DNA from: Halomicronema hongdechloris C2206
GTDB lineage: Bacteria; Cyanobacteriota; Cyanobacteriia; Phormidesmidales; Phormidesmidaceae
Length of the DNA: 32,000 nt
NCBI RefSeq assembly: GCF_002075285.3
Contig: NZ_CP021983.2
Coordinates: forward strand, 3,990,001-4,022,000
Reading direction: 5' to 3'
Numbering within the stretch: the first letter of the stretch is position 1; each line of letters begins with the position of its first letter. A model generated the notes under the pieces. That model was not told the origin of the DNA. It searched no databases and worked only from the letters and a program-made list of their open reading frames with translations. Made by a program: the position numbers and the translations under genes. This document shows, one piece after another, positions 8,492 to 15,629 of the stretch.

Positions 8492-8640
8492 CATCCGCAC
8501 CTGGTTGACTGACAAAAGATTCTGCATTGGGCGCGGAAACCGCGCCCTTACCAGATTTCGGATGCTGTAGGGGGCAGGTTCCCTGACCCTTTGGATAGTC
8601 TGGGTTCTAGCAGGTTTTGTCAGTCAATGAGCATCCGCAC
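8492..8640. mobile_element. MITE-like insertion: 131-bp element (8501-8631) with 17-bp terminal inverted repeats, flanked by a perfect 9-bp direct repeat
   Basis: The left end CTGGTTGACTGACAAAA (8501-8517) matches the reverse complement of the right end TTTTGTCAGTCAATGAG (8615-8631) at 15 of 17 positions, with a perfect 13-bp core. The flanking CATCCGCAC at 8492-8500 and 8632-8640 looks like a target-site duplication. There is an internal GC hairpin GGGCGCGG-AAA-CCGCGCCC (8529-8547) and no ORF. Confidence 0.45.
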
Positions 8641-8731
8641 AGACAATAACAGCTGATGCTGTTCTCCTGATAGGCCGCTATTTTGCCTCGCCTAAAGAGG
8701 CTTACCATACTTTATTGAATCAGGCTTTCAT

Positions 8732-8773
8732 AACAAAACTCTCTCCGTCCAAGGCACAGATGAACAGAGAGAG
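8732..8773 (-). terminator. candidate intrinsic terminator for the small minus-strand ORF
   Basis: On the minus strand, a 7-bp stem CTCTCTC/GAGAGAG (plus-strand arms at 8739-8745 and 8767-8773, extendable by G-C, A-U and G-U pairs) is followed by TTTTGTT (8732-8738). It starts about 30 nt after the stop at 8804. Confidence 0.4.
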
Positions 8774-8803
8774 CATGCCGCAAAGGTTGTGTTTTAGATA
8801 ATG

Positions 8804-8947
8804 TTAACTATTGTTGTTGCGGCGCTTCAGCGCTTCCATCATTTGCTGGCGCACAGCTTGAGCCCAGGTATCAAAATCAAAGCTCTCGTCAGCATTAACG
8901 CTCTTTGAGGTGGCAGCACGGGTTGGAGAAAATCGCTCTTTAGGCAT
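8804..8947 (-). CDS. unlisted small ORF, 47 aa (MPKERFSPTRAATSKSVNADESFDFDTWAQAVRQQMMEALKRRNNNS)
   Basis: My own translation, ATG at 8947-8945 and TAA at 8806-8804. It is below the 60-aa cutoff of the track. It has a hydrophilic N-terminus and a helical-looking C-terminus, and is followed by a terminator-like hairpin. No family recognised. Confidence 0.35.
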   Translation of the reverse strand: MPKERFSPTRAATSKSVNADESFDFDTWAQAVRQQMMEALKRRNNNS

Positions 8948-8962
8948 GGCTCTATTAAAAGT

Positions 8963-8988
8963 AGTTCAATGAAGAAGTTCAATGAAGA
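8963..8988. repeat. 13-nt tandem duplication AGTTCAATGAAGA x2
   Basis: Perfect copies at 8963-8975 and 8976-8988. Confidence 0.9.
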
Positions 8989-9142
8989 CAATGCTATTTC
9001 TAGGGTCTCAAAGATGAGCCTGAAACTAGTACCCCTTTGATACAAATTTTAGATATTCCCTAGAAGAGTTATTGTGCTCTAAGACTTGATTAAGCCGACT
9101 CTGTAGGCAGAAATCTTTAAGACATACCCCACAGCCACGACT

Positions 9143-9239
9143 ACAGCGTTTCTGAATCTAGTGAGGTACAAGAGTAGCCATAAAGCCCCTGACCTCAGGA
9201 AACGAGTTGTACCTCGCCCAGAAGGGAAGGAAACGCTGT
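9143..9239. ncRNA. candidate structured RNA element (nested perfect stems); identity and strand unknown
   Basis: The outer stem ACAGCGTTTC (9143-9152) pairs with GAAACGCTGT (9230-9239), a 10-bp perfect match. The inner stem GAGGTACAA (9163-9171) pairs with TTGTACCTC (9207-9215), a 9-bp perfect match. It lies in an ORF-poor spacer of about 1.1 kb. Possible U-G extensions (9142/9240, 9162/9216) only work on the plus strand. Confidence 0.25.
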
Positions 9240-9502
9240 GTAATCATCAACTCTTGGAGTCAATTACTCTTATTATCCCCATGGGGTCTCTAGGACAACA
9301 AGTGTTTTATGCGGCATCTGCATCGGCTTAATGAGCAAATCACATGAAAGTGTGGGTGATTCCTGACAGTGCCAGCAACGGCTGATTATCCTGACAGCCG
9401 TGATTATTCAGGCTATCCAGGGTGCAGCGTAAGTTTAGCGACTGGCCTGTTGGCTGGGCGGCGCCAGGGAGCTGGAAGGGAGGTCACGTCTGCCATGAGC
9501 TA

Positions 9503-12500
9503 CTAGCCCCTCGGTAACGGTGGCTGGTCAGCAATATGGGCCAGGTAATCTTGCAGGGCTTTAACGCTCAGGTCCTGTTGCTGTAGAGAGCGAATCGCCG
9601 CCGCCGTGGCAGTTGCTCCGGCAATGGTGGTAATGGTGGGGATTTTATAGGCTAGGGCCGTGCGGCGGATAATCCGGTCATCTTCTTGGGCTTCTCCACC
9701 CACTGGAGTGTTGATGATCAGCTGGATCTGACCATTTTTGATCCAATCCACTACGTTGGGCCGGCCCTCATGAATTTTAAGAATCCGATCCGCGGTGAGG
9801 CCATTTTCCTTCAAAATGCCCCGAGTCCCCGCGGTCGCCACCAGGGTAAAGCCCATAGTGGCCAAATCTTTGGCCACCGGGACAACGGCAGTCTTGTCCC
9901 GATCATTCATGGAGATGAACACAGTGCCCTGCTGGGGTAAGCGTTGATTAGCGGCTAACTCGGCCTTGGCAAAGGCCCGGCCAAAGTCGATGTCGATCCC
10001 CATGACTTCGCCAGTAGAGCGCATTTCGGGGCCTAGGATGGTGTCGGTGCCGGGGAACTTATCGAAGGGCAGCACGGCTTCTTTAACGGCAATGTGCTGG
10101 GGAATGACTTCTTCGGTCACCCCCAAGGCTGCTAGGGTCTGCCCTGCCATCACCCGCACCGCTACCTTGGCCAAGGGGATGCCAGTGGCTTTAGAGACAA
10201 AGGGCACGGTGCGGGAGGCGCGGGGGTTGGCCTCTAGAATAAAGACATGATCTGCCTGGACAGCATATTGAATGTTCATCAGGCCCACCACGTGTAGTTG
10301 TTGGGCCAGCTTCACCGTAGCTTCGCGGATCGTTTGCAGGGCCGCTTTACTCAAGGAGGTGGTGGGGATAGAGCAGGCCGAGTCTCCGGAGTGAATCCCA
10401 GCTTGTTCGATGTGCTCCATGATGCCACCAAGGACCACCTGGCCGGTGTGGTCTGCGATCGCATCCACATCCACTTCCACGGCATTCTCGAGGAATTTAT
10501 CGATCAAGATGGGGTGTTCTGGTTCCACCTGCACGGCATAGGTCATATACCGCTCTAGCTCGGCGTCAGAGTAAACAATCTCCATGGCCCGTCCCCCCAG
10601 CACATAGCTGGGTCGCACCACCACCGGGTACTTAATGGTTTGGGCCACCTGCAGGGCGGCTTCGTAGCTGCGAGCAATGCCATTGGGAGGCTGTTCAATG
10701 CCCAGTTGCCGCAGGATTTGCTCGAAGCGTTCCCGATCCTCGGCGGTGTCGATGGAATCAGGAGACGTGCCCCAAATCTTAGGGATGGGACCTGAGGGCG
10801 TTGCCTGCTCTAGGGAGGCTAGGTAGTGCTGTAAGGGCACCGCCAACTTCAGCGGTGTTTGCCCGCCAAATTGAATAATGATGCCCTCCGGTTGTTCCGC
10901 CTCGATGATATTGAGCACATCTTCTTTGGTCAGGGGCTCAAAATAGAGGCGATCGCTGGTGTCGTAGTCGGTGGAGACAGTTTCGGGGTTGGAGTTGACC
11001 ATGATCGTCTCAAACCCGTCGGCCCGCAGGGCATAGGAGGCATGGCAACAGCAGTAGTCAAACTCGATGCCCTGACCGATGCGGTTGGGACCGCCCCCGA
11101 GAATCATCACCTTCCGCCGTTGGGAGGGCAACACTTCCGACTCTGCCTCGTAGGTGGAGTAGTAGTAGGGGGTGAGGGCCTCAAACTCGGCGGCGCAGGT
11201 ATCGACGGTCTTGTACACCGGCAACACCCCCAACCCCTGGCGATAGGCTCGCACCTCGTCTTCACCGGCCTTGGTAGCATAGGCGATTTGCCGATCGCTA
11301 AACCCCTGGCGTTTGATGCCGTAGAATTGGGCAGTGGTTAGCTGGTTCAAGGGCGTGCGCTTGAGAAATTTTTCCGTGTCGAGAAGTTCTGCCAGTTTCT
11401 GTAGGAACCAGGGATCAATGCCAGTGAGTTCGTAGATCTCCTCTAGGGTGAGGCCCAGCTGCAGCGCTTGCCGCACGGTAAAGATGCGCTCGGGATGAGG
11501 CGTGCGCAGGCTGGCTTGGACTTGGGAGATGGTGGGTAACTTCTCGGTGCGATCGCATCCCCAACCCGCTCGCCCGGTCTCCAGCGACCGCAGCGCCTTC
11601 TGGAAAGACTCCTGAAAAGTACGGCCAATGGCCATAGCCTCGCCCACCGACTTCATCTGAGTCGTGAGCACCGGTTCTGCCCCCGGAAATTTCTCGAAGG
11701 CAAAGCGAGGTATCTTAGTGACTACATAGTCGATGGTGGGCTCAAAGCTTGCCGGAGTCTTCTTGGTAATGTCATTGGGAATCTCGTCCAGGGTGTACCC
11801 TACCGCCAACTTGGCCGCAAACTTAGCGATGGGAAACCCCGTCGCCTTCGAGGCTAGGGCCGAACTGCGAGACACCCGCGGGTTCATCTCGATCACCACT
11901 ACCTCACCATTCATTGGGTTCACCGCAAATTGGATGTTAGAGCCTCCCGTTTCCACCCCAATTTCCCGAATGATCTTGATAGAGGCATCCCGCAGTCGCT
12001 GATACTCTTTATCGGTCAAGGTTTGGGCTGGCGCCACCGTAATCGAATCTCCCGTGTGAATCCCCATGGGATCCAGGTTCTCAATGGAGCAAATGATCAC
12101 CACGTTATCGGCCAGGTCACGCATCACCTCCAGCTCATACTCCTTCCACCCCAACAAAGACTTCTCAATCAAGATCTGAGAGACCGGACTAGCATCGAGC
12201 CCCACCCGGGCCATCTCTTCGAACTCTTCCTGGTTGTAGGCAATACCACCTCCGGTCCCCCCCAGGGTGAACGCAGGTCGGATAATCAGAGGAAAGGCAC
12301 CGATCTGCTCGGCGATCTGTCGAGCTTCCACCATGGTCTCTGCCAATCCCGACGGACATACCGCCAGACCAATCCGAGCCATGGCCGCCTTGAACAACTT
12401 GCGGTCCTCGGCCATCTCAATGGCCGCTAAGTTGGCCCCAATTAGGGTGATCCCATAGCGCTCCAAGACTCCATTCTTAGCCAGCACTACCGCGATGTTG

Positions 12501-12787
12501 AGAGCCGTCTGTCCACCCATGGTGGGCAGCAGGGCATCAGGCCGCTCCTGAATGATGACCTTTTCCACCAACTCAGGCGTCAGGGGCTCAACGTAAGTGC
12601 GGTCGGCGGTCTCTGGATCGGTCATAATGGTGGCCGGGTTCGAGTTCACCAGCACCACCTCATACCCCTCTTCCCGCAGGGCTTTGCAGGCCTGAGTGCC
12701 AGAATAATCGAACTCGCAGGCCTGGCCAATGATGATGGGACCAGAACCAATCAATAAAATCTTCTCGATGTCGTCGCGACGAGGCAT
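9503..12787 (-). CDS. carB: carbamoyl-phosphate synthase large subunit
   Basis: The 1094-aa ORF has duplicated ATP-grasp halves and canonical CarB sequence throughout ([57 protein letters not shown]...). Confidence 0.97.
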   Translation of the reverse strand: MPRRDDIEKILLIGSGPIIIGQACEFDYSGTQACKALREEGYEVVLVNSNPATIMTDPETADRTYVEPLTPELVEKVIIQERPDALLPTMGGQTALNIAVVLAKNGVLERYGITLIGANLAAIEMAEDRKLFKAAMARIGLAVCPSGLAETMVEARQIAEQIGAFPLIIRPAFTLGGTGGGIAYNQEEFEEMARVGLDASPVSQILIEKSLLGWKEYELEVMRDLADNVVIICSIENLDPMGIHTGDSITVAPAQTLTDKEYQRLRDASIKIIREIGVETGGSNIQFAVNPMNGEVVVIEMNPRVSRSSALASKATGFPIAKFAAKLAVGYTLDEIPNDITKKTPASFEPTIDYVVTKIPRFAFEKFPGAEPVLTTQMKSVGEAMAIGRTFQESFQKALRSLETGRAGWGCDRTEKLPTISQVQASLRTPHPERIFTVRQALQLGLTLEEIYELTGIDPWFLQKLAELLDTEKFLKRTPLNQLTTAQFYGIKRQGFSDRQIAYATKAGEDEVRAYRQGLGVLPVYKTVDTCAAEFEALTPYYYSTYEAESEVLPSQRRKVMILGGGPNRIGQGIEFDYCCCHASYALRADGFETIMVNSNPETVSTDYDTSDRLYFEPLTKEDVLNIIEAEQPEGIIIQFGGQTPLKLAVPLQHYLASLEQATPSGPIPKIWGTSPDSIDTAEDRERFEQILRQLGIEQPPNGIARSYEAALQVAQTIKYPVVVRPSYVLGGRAMEIVYSDAELERYMTYAVQVEPEHPILIDKFLENAVEVDVDAIADHTGQVVLGGIMEHIEQAGIHSGDSACSIPTTSLSKAALQTIREATVKLAQQLHVVGLMNIQYAVQADHVFILEANPRASRTVPFVSKATGIPLAKVAVRVMAGQTLAALGVTEEVIPQHIAVKEAVLPFDKFPGTDTILGPEMRSTGEVMGIDIDFGRAFAKAELAANQRLPQQGTVFISMNDRDKTAVVPVAKDLATMGFTLVATAGTRGILKENGLTADRILKIHEGRPNVVDWIKNGQIQLIINTPVGGEAQEDDRIIRRTALAYKIPTITTIAGATATAAAIRSLQQQDLSVKALQDYLAHIADQPPLPRG

Positions 12788-13020
12788 AGGCCAACAGCAC
12801 CAGCGCAGCTCATAAAATCCTAGTCATTGTTCTGTAGAACTGATCAAATTGCAATAGCTCCTCGCCGCCACAACCGCTCCTAGAGACGCTACGGAGATTC
12901 ACTACAGAATGTAGTTGCTGCCGATGTCCTGCCTCGGCTGGCGAGGGCGTTTGAACCAACTCAGCCAGCCCTACCACCGGCTCGGTGATCGAGATCACTC
13001 ACTTCTCCAGCAAAGATCAC

Positions 13021-13266
13021 AGGGAGGTTTCAGTAAATCGTCGGCACCAGTCTGAAGCTTTATACAGGTGAACATAAGCACCTCCCCCCTACACAAGGAG
13101 CCAACCCCGGCCATCACTAGCCGTCATAGGCCAGAATCCCCCTAGTCTAGGACGTTGAGTATTGGGCAACGCCCTAGACTATCTGGCCAGCCCCATCAAT
13201 ACCTTCCTGAGACCTCCAAGACAACGTCATACTCCCTTCCGCCCCCGGCTAAGGCCGGGGGTTTTT
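13021..13266 (+). ncRNA. candidate sRNA/ncRNA defined by an orphan intrinsic terminator; 5-prime end not determined
   Basis: No credible plus-strand ORF ends near the terminator. There is a long hairpin GGCCAG..TAGTCTAGG-A-CGTTG [9-nt loop] CAACG-C-CCTAGACTA-T-CTGGCC (13129-13188). GGAGGTTTCAG (13023-13033) can pair with CTGAGACCTCC (13207-13217). Confidence 0.4.
13242..13266 (+). terminator. rho-independent terminator
   Basis: CCCCCGGC (13242-13249), loop TAAG, GCCGGGGG (13254-13261), then TTTTT (13262-13266). It is unidirectional, because there is no T-run on the other strand. Confidence 0.7.
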
Positions 13267-13283
13267 CCTGATGTGTCCCATAG

Positions 13284-13490
13284 TATATAGGTACTACTTC
13301 TCAAGATCTGACTCACCCTTCTATAGCTGAACACCTCGCCCCTAAGAAATCAATAAAAGCCATCGAGACCACAGCAACGATTGACGAAAGCGGACAACTA
13401 ACTCTCGATAATGTCTTGGCCGTTACCAAACCCCAGCGAGTACACCTCATTATTCTCATCGATGTCCGATTGCTCCGATGGGGGGAATGA
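13284..13490 (+). pseudogene. possible degenerate AbrB/MazE-like antitoxin-type ORF lacking a canonical start codon
   Basis: The open frame 13284-13490 translates to ..KSIKAIETTATIDESGQLTLDNVLAVTKPQRVHLIILIDV.. This resembles small cyanobacterial SpoVT/AbrB-like antitoxins (from memory). There is no ATG, GTG or TTG in frame, and a G6 run at 13480-13485 sits just before the stop. Confidence 0.25.
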
Positions 13491-13638
13491 TGTGATTGAG
13501 GATGCGATCTCCCAGTACGAACAAAACCAGGAGACTTAGGTACACTTCTGCAGACAGCTTTTTCTGGTGAGTTGATGGCTGATGGGTGCGATCGGGCTGT
13601 GGAGGGGGTGGGTGCGATCGTGGTGGCGTGACGTCTCG

Positions 13639-13663
13639 ATTGTCTACACACTGCGTAGACAAT
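13639..13663. promoter_or_regulatory. perfect 9-bp inverted repeat ATTGTCTAC-N7-GTAGACAAT upstream of the DUF433-brnT-brnA operon (candidate operator)
   Basis: Arms at 13639-13647 and 13655-13663, about 120 nt upstream of the ATG at 13782. A TAAAAT element lies at about 13745-13750. Confidence 0.3.
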
Positions 13664-13781
13664 TGCCCAATTCACTCCGCCCAACATTTGGAACACACTA
13701 TGTGCACAATGTTTTTTCTTCATCAGTTGGCTGAAGTGCGATCGCCTAAAATCGACCCATAAGCGTAAAAGACTAGCTGCC

Positions 13782-13985
13782 ATGACCGCTGAAGCACCTG
13801 TTATCCATAGGGACCCAGAGATCTTGGGCGGTACCCGCGTCTTTGTGGGCACGCGGGTACCGATGAAAACGCTACTCGATTACCTCGAAGTGGGCGATTC
13901 CCTCGATGAGTTTTTAGACTACTTTCCCAGTGTGGGCAGAGAGCAAGCGATCGCGGCGCTTGAGATGGATGCATCCAAACGCTAA
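13782..13985 (+). CDS. DUF433 domain protein (antitoxin-like, HTH)
   Basis: The 67-aa ORF has the typical DUF433 core DPEILGGTRVFVGTRVPMKTLLDYLEVGDSLDEFLDYFPSV. Confidence 0.85.
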   Translation: MTAEAPVIHRDPEILGGTRVFVGTRVPMKTLLDYLEVGDSLDEFLDYFPSVGREQAIAALEMDASKR

Positions 13986-13987
13986 CC

Positions 13988-14251
13988 ATGCCTACGTTTG
14001 AGTACGATGAAAACAAAAGCCAGTCAAACTTGGCGAAGCATGGCATCGACTTTGTGGAAGCCCAAAAACTGTGGGATGCCCCCAACACCTTTGTGATTCC
14101 TGCTAAAACCGAAGACGAAACCCGATTTTTGATCATCGGTAAGATAGGGGATAAGCATTGGACAGCAGTGATCACCTACCGAGGGCAGAATACGCGCATT
14201 ATTTCCGTTCGGCGATCGCGCAAAGAAGAGGTGGCATTCTATGAAGGCTAA
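13988..14251 (+). CDS. brnT: BrnT family toxin (DUF497)
   Basis: The 87-aa ORF reads FEYDENKSQSNLAKHGIDFVEAQKLW ... RIISVRRSRKEEVAFYE, the canonical BrnT pattern. It starts 2 nt after the DUF433 stop. Confidence 0.85.
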   Translation: MPTFEYDENKSQSNLAKHGIDFVEAQKLWDAPNTFVIPAKTEDETRFLIIGKIGDKHWTAVITYRGQNTRIISVRRSRKEEVAFYEG

Positions 14252-14468
14252 AGACTTCGACCAACAATTTGAGGATGGAGAAGACCTCACCCCCTACCTT
14301 GACCTCTCCCAGGCGAAGCGATTGGGGAGCGATCGGCAAAGCATCAGTATCGATCTTCCTGTCTGGCTGCTAGAGCGCATTAACGAAGAAGCCAACCGCT
14401 TAGGCACCACCGCTCAAGATGTGATTCAAACGTCTCTGGCAGAGCATCTTGCCGCCAGCGAGCCCTAA
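14241..14468 (+). CDS. brnA: BrnA antitoxin (CopG/RHH-like)
   Basis: The 75-aa ORF reads MKAKDFDQQFEDGEDLTPYLDLSQAKR ... IDLPVWLLERINEEANRLGTTAQDVIQTSLAEHL, the typical BrnA pattern. It overlaps brnT by 11 nt. Confidence 0.8.
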   Translation: MKAKDFDQQFEDGEDLTPYLDLSQAKRLGSDRQSISIDLPVWLLERINEEANRLGTTAQDVIQTSLAEHLAASEP

Positions 14469-14490
14469 TAAACTTCAACAATCCTGAAAT

Positions 14491-14724
14491 ATGGCAGAAG
14501 TGAATCAGCCTGAGCCGCATGAAACGCCGACGGAGGAAGCGATTGAAGGTATTCGACAGGGATTGCATGAAGCCTTAAGCGAGCAAACTATCCCTCTCGC
14601 AGATATGTGGAAAGACATTGATGTTGAGATGCCTGAGCGGGTTTCCGGTCTCTTGAAAGGAGAAGTAGGCGACACCTTTTTCGAACCGTTGCCGGAAGAA
14701 ATTCTCCGAGAATGGGAAGAGTAA
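14491..14724 (+). CDS. orphan antitoxin-like small acidic protein (77 aa)
   Basis: The C-terminus LLKGEVGDTFFEPLPEEILREWEE resembles the ..DDFDAPLPEE..W.. tail of DUF2281/VapB-type antitoxins that precede PIN toxins (from memory). No intact toxin follows. Confidence 0.5.
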   Translation: MAEVNQPEPHETPTEEAIEGIRQGLHEALSEQTIPLADMWKDIDVEMPERVSGLLKGEVGDTFFEPLPEEILREWEE

Positions 14725-14747
14725 TTTTGCTGACTGAGCGCCAAAAA

Positions 14748-14830
14748 GTGCTTTAACGCAAATCTCAGTTTGCCTCTACCAAACGCTGAAACGCCCTGAA
14801 ATCAAGCCTAAAGGTGCTTTAACGCAAATC
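14748..14830. repeat. 17-bp perfect direct repeat GTGCTTTAACGCAAATC, two copies 66 bp apart
   Basis: Copies at 14748-14764 and 14814-14830, both preceded by AAA(G). The second ends 9 nt before the hsdR GTG at 14840. Confidence 0.85.
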
Positions 14831-14839
14831 GAGGCAACC

Positions 14840-15554
14840 GTGAACGAAGCCGAAACCCACACTGAACTCATCGACCCCGCCCGCCGCGCTGCTGGCTGGG
14901 ACGTCGTCGAGGGGAGTCGAGTTCGCCGCGAAGTCATCGCCCCTGGTCGCCTCGGCGGGGGAGGCCGCCGGGCCAAGCCCGAATTTGCCGACTACGTGCT
15001 CGTCTATCGCGGCCACAAACTCGCCGTCATCGAAGCCAAAAGGCACGCGAAGGCGTCGGCCAGGCCAAAAAATACGCCCCAAAGCTAGAAACCCGCTTCG
15101 CCTATTCTAATAACGGTGATGGCATTTACCAGATCGATAGGCGCACCGGGGCCAAAGGCACCATCCGCCAGTACCTCACCCCCGCCGACCTGTGGGAGAC
15201 CACCTACAGCGAAGAGAATCGGTGGCGCGATCGCTTCGCCGATGTGCCCTTTGAAGACAAAAGCGGCACCTGGGAAGCCCGCTACTACCAGCACAACGCC
15301 ATTTCCCATGTGCTCGAAGCTATCTGCGAGGGGCGCGACAGAATCTTGCTCACTATGGCCACTGGCACCGGCAAAACCTTCGTCGCCTTCCAGTTCACCT
15401 GAAAACTCTTCCAAGTAAGCTGCCGCAACTCCTAGAGTTGAAGTATTGCGGACTGAAGGATGCCGTCAGGGAATTAGGGAACATATCAACTATCAGTGAG
15501 GTGTTTATCGGATTTCAGAAGTATCTATATTCCCAAGAAGACACCGCTGAATGA
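14840..15554 (+). pseudogene. hsdR: type I restriction enzyme R subunit (HsdR) remnant: frameshift, nonsense codon and large internal deletion
   Basis: There are three pieces in three frames. (a) 14840 to about 15045: MNEAETHTELIDPARRAAGWDVVEGSRVRREV...YVLVYRGHKLAVIEAK, the HsdR N-terminal domain. (b) About 15049-15402 in a different frame: EGVGQAKKYAPKLETRFAYSNNGDGIYQID...ARYYQHNAISHVLEAICEGRDRILLTMATGTGKTFVAFQFT, with helicase motif I. It ends at TGA (15400-15402) where W is expected before KLFQ. (c) 15420-15554 in the third frame: LPQLLELKYCGLKDAVRELGNISTISEVFIGFQKYLY, an EcoEI_R_C-like C-terminal tail. About 715 nt remain of a gene that is normally at least 2.4 kb. Confidence 0.8.
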
Positions 15555-15629
15555 GGCACCATACTATCTAAAGAATCCTCATTATCGATTTGGGTTACGC
15601 CTGTGGGGCTGGGCTATAAAGCTAGCTAG

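Noticed and set aside
8396-8500. An NtcA box (GTA-N8-TAC) upstream of gdhA.
   Set aside because: I scanned the 100 bp upstream of the start on both strands. The only GTA (GTAAGCAATCCCTC) is not followed by TAC at the correct spacing. The palindrome AGCGCTATC-T-GATAGCGC (8472-8489) is present but does not match the NtcA consensus.
8839-9045. The 68-aa minus-strand track ORF.
   Set aside because: It overlaps the more plausible 47-aa ORF in another frame, reads through the 13-mer tandem duplication, and has a hydrophobic, low-information composition.
12810-12998. The 62-aa minus-strand ORF upstream of carB.
   Set aside because: It has no motif and lies in the carB 5-prime leader/promoter region. 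It is probably non-coding.
13313-13852. The 179-aa minus-strand ORF, plus the nested ORFs 13456..13662 and 13801..14175.
   Set aside because: The composition is Arg/Ser/His/Pro-rich. It runs antisense into the well-supported DUF433 gene start and across the operator-like palindrome. No family resemblance.
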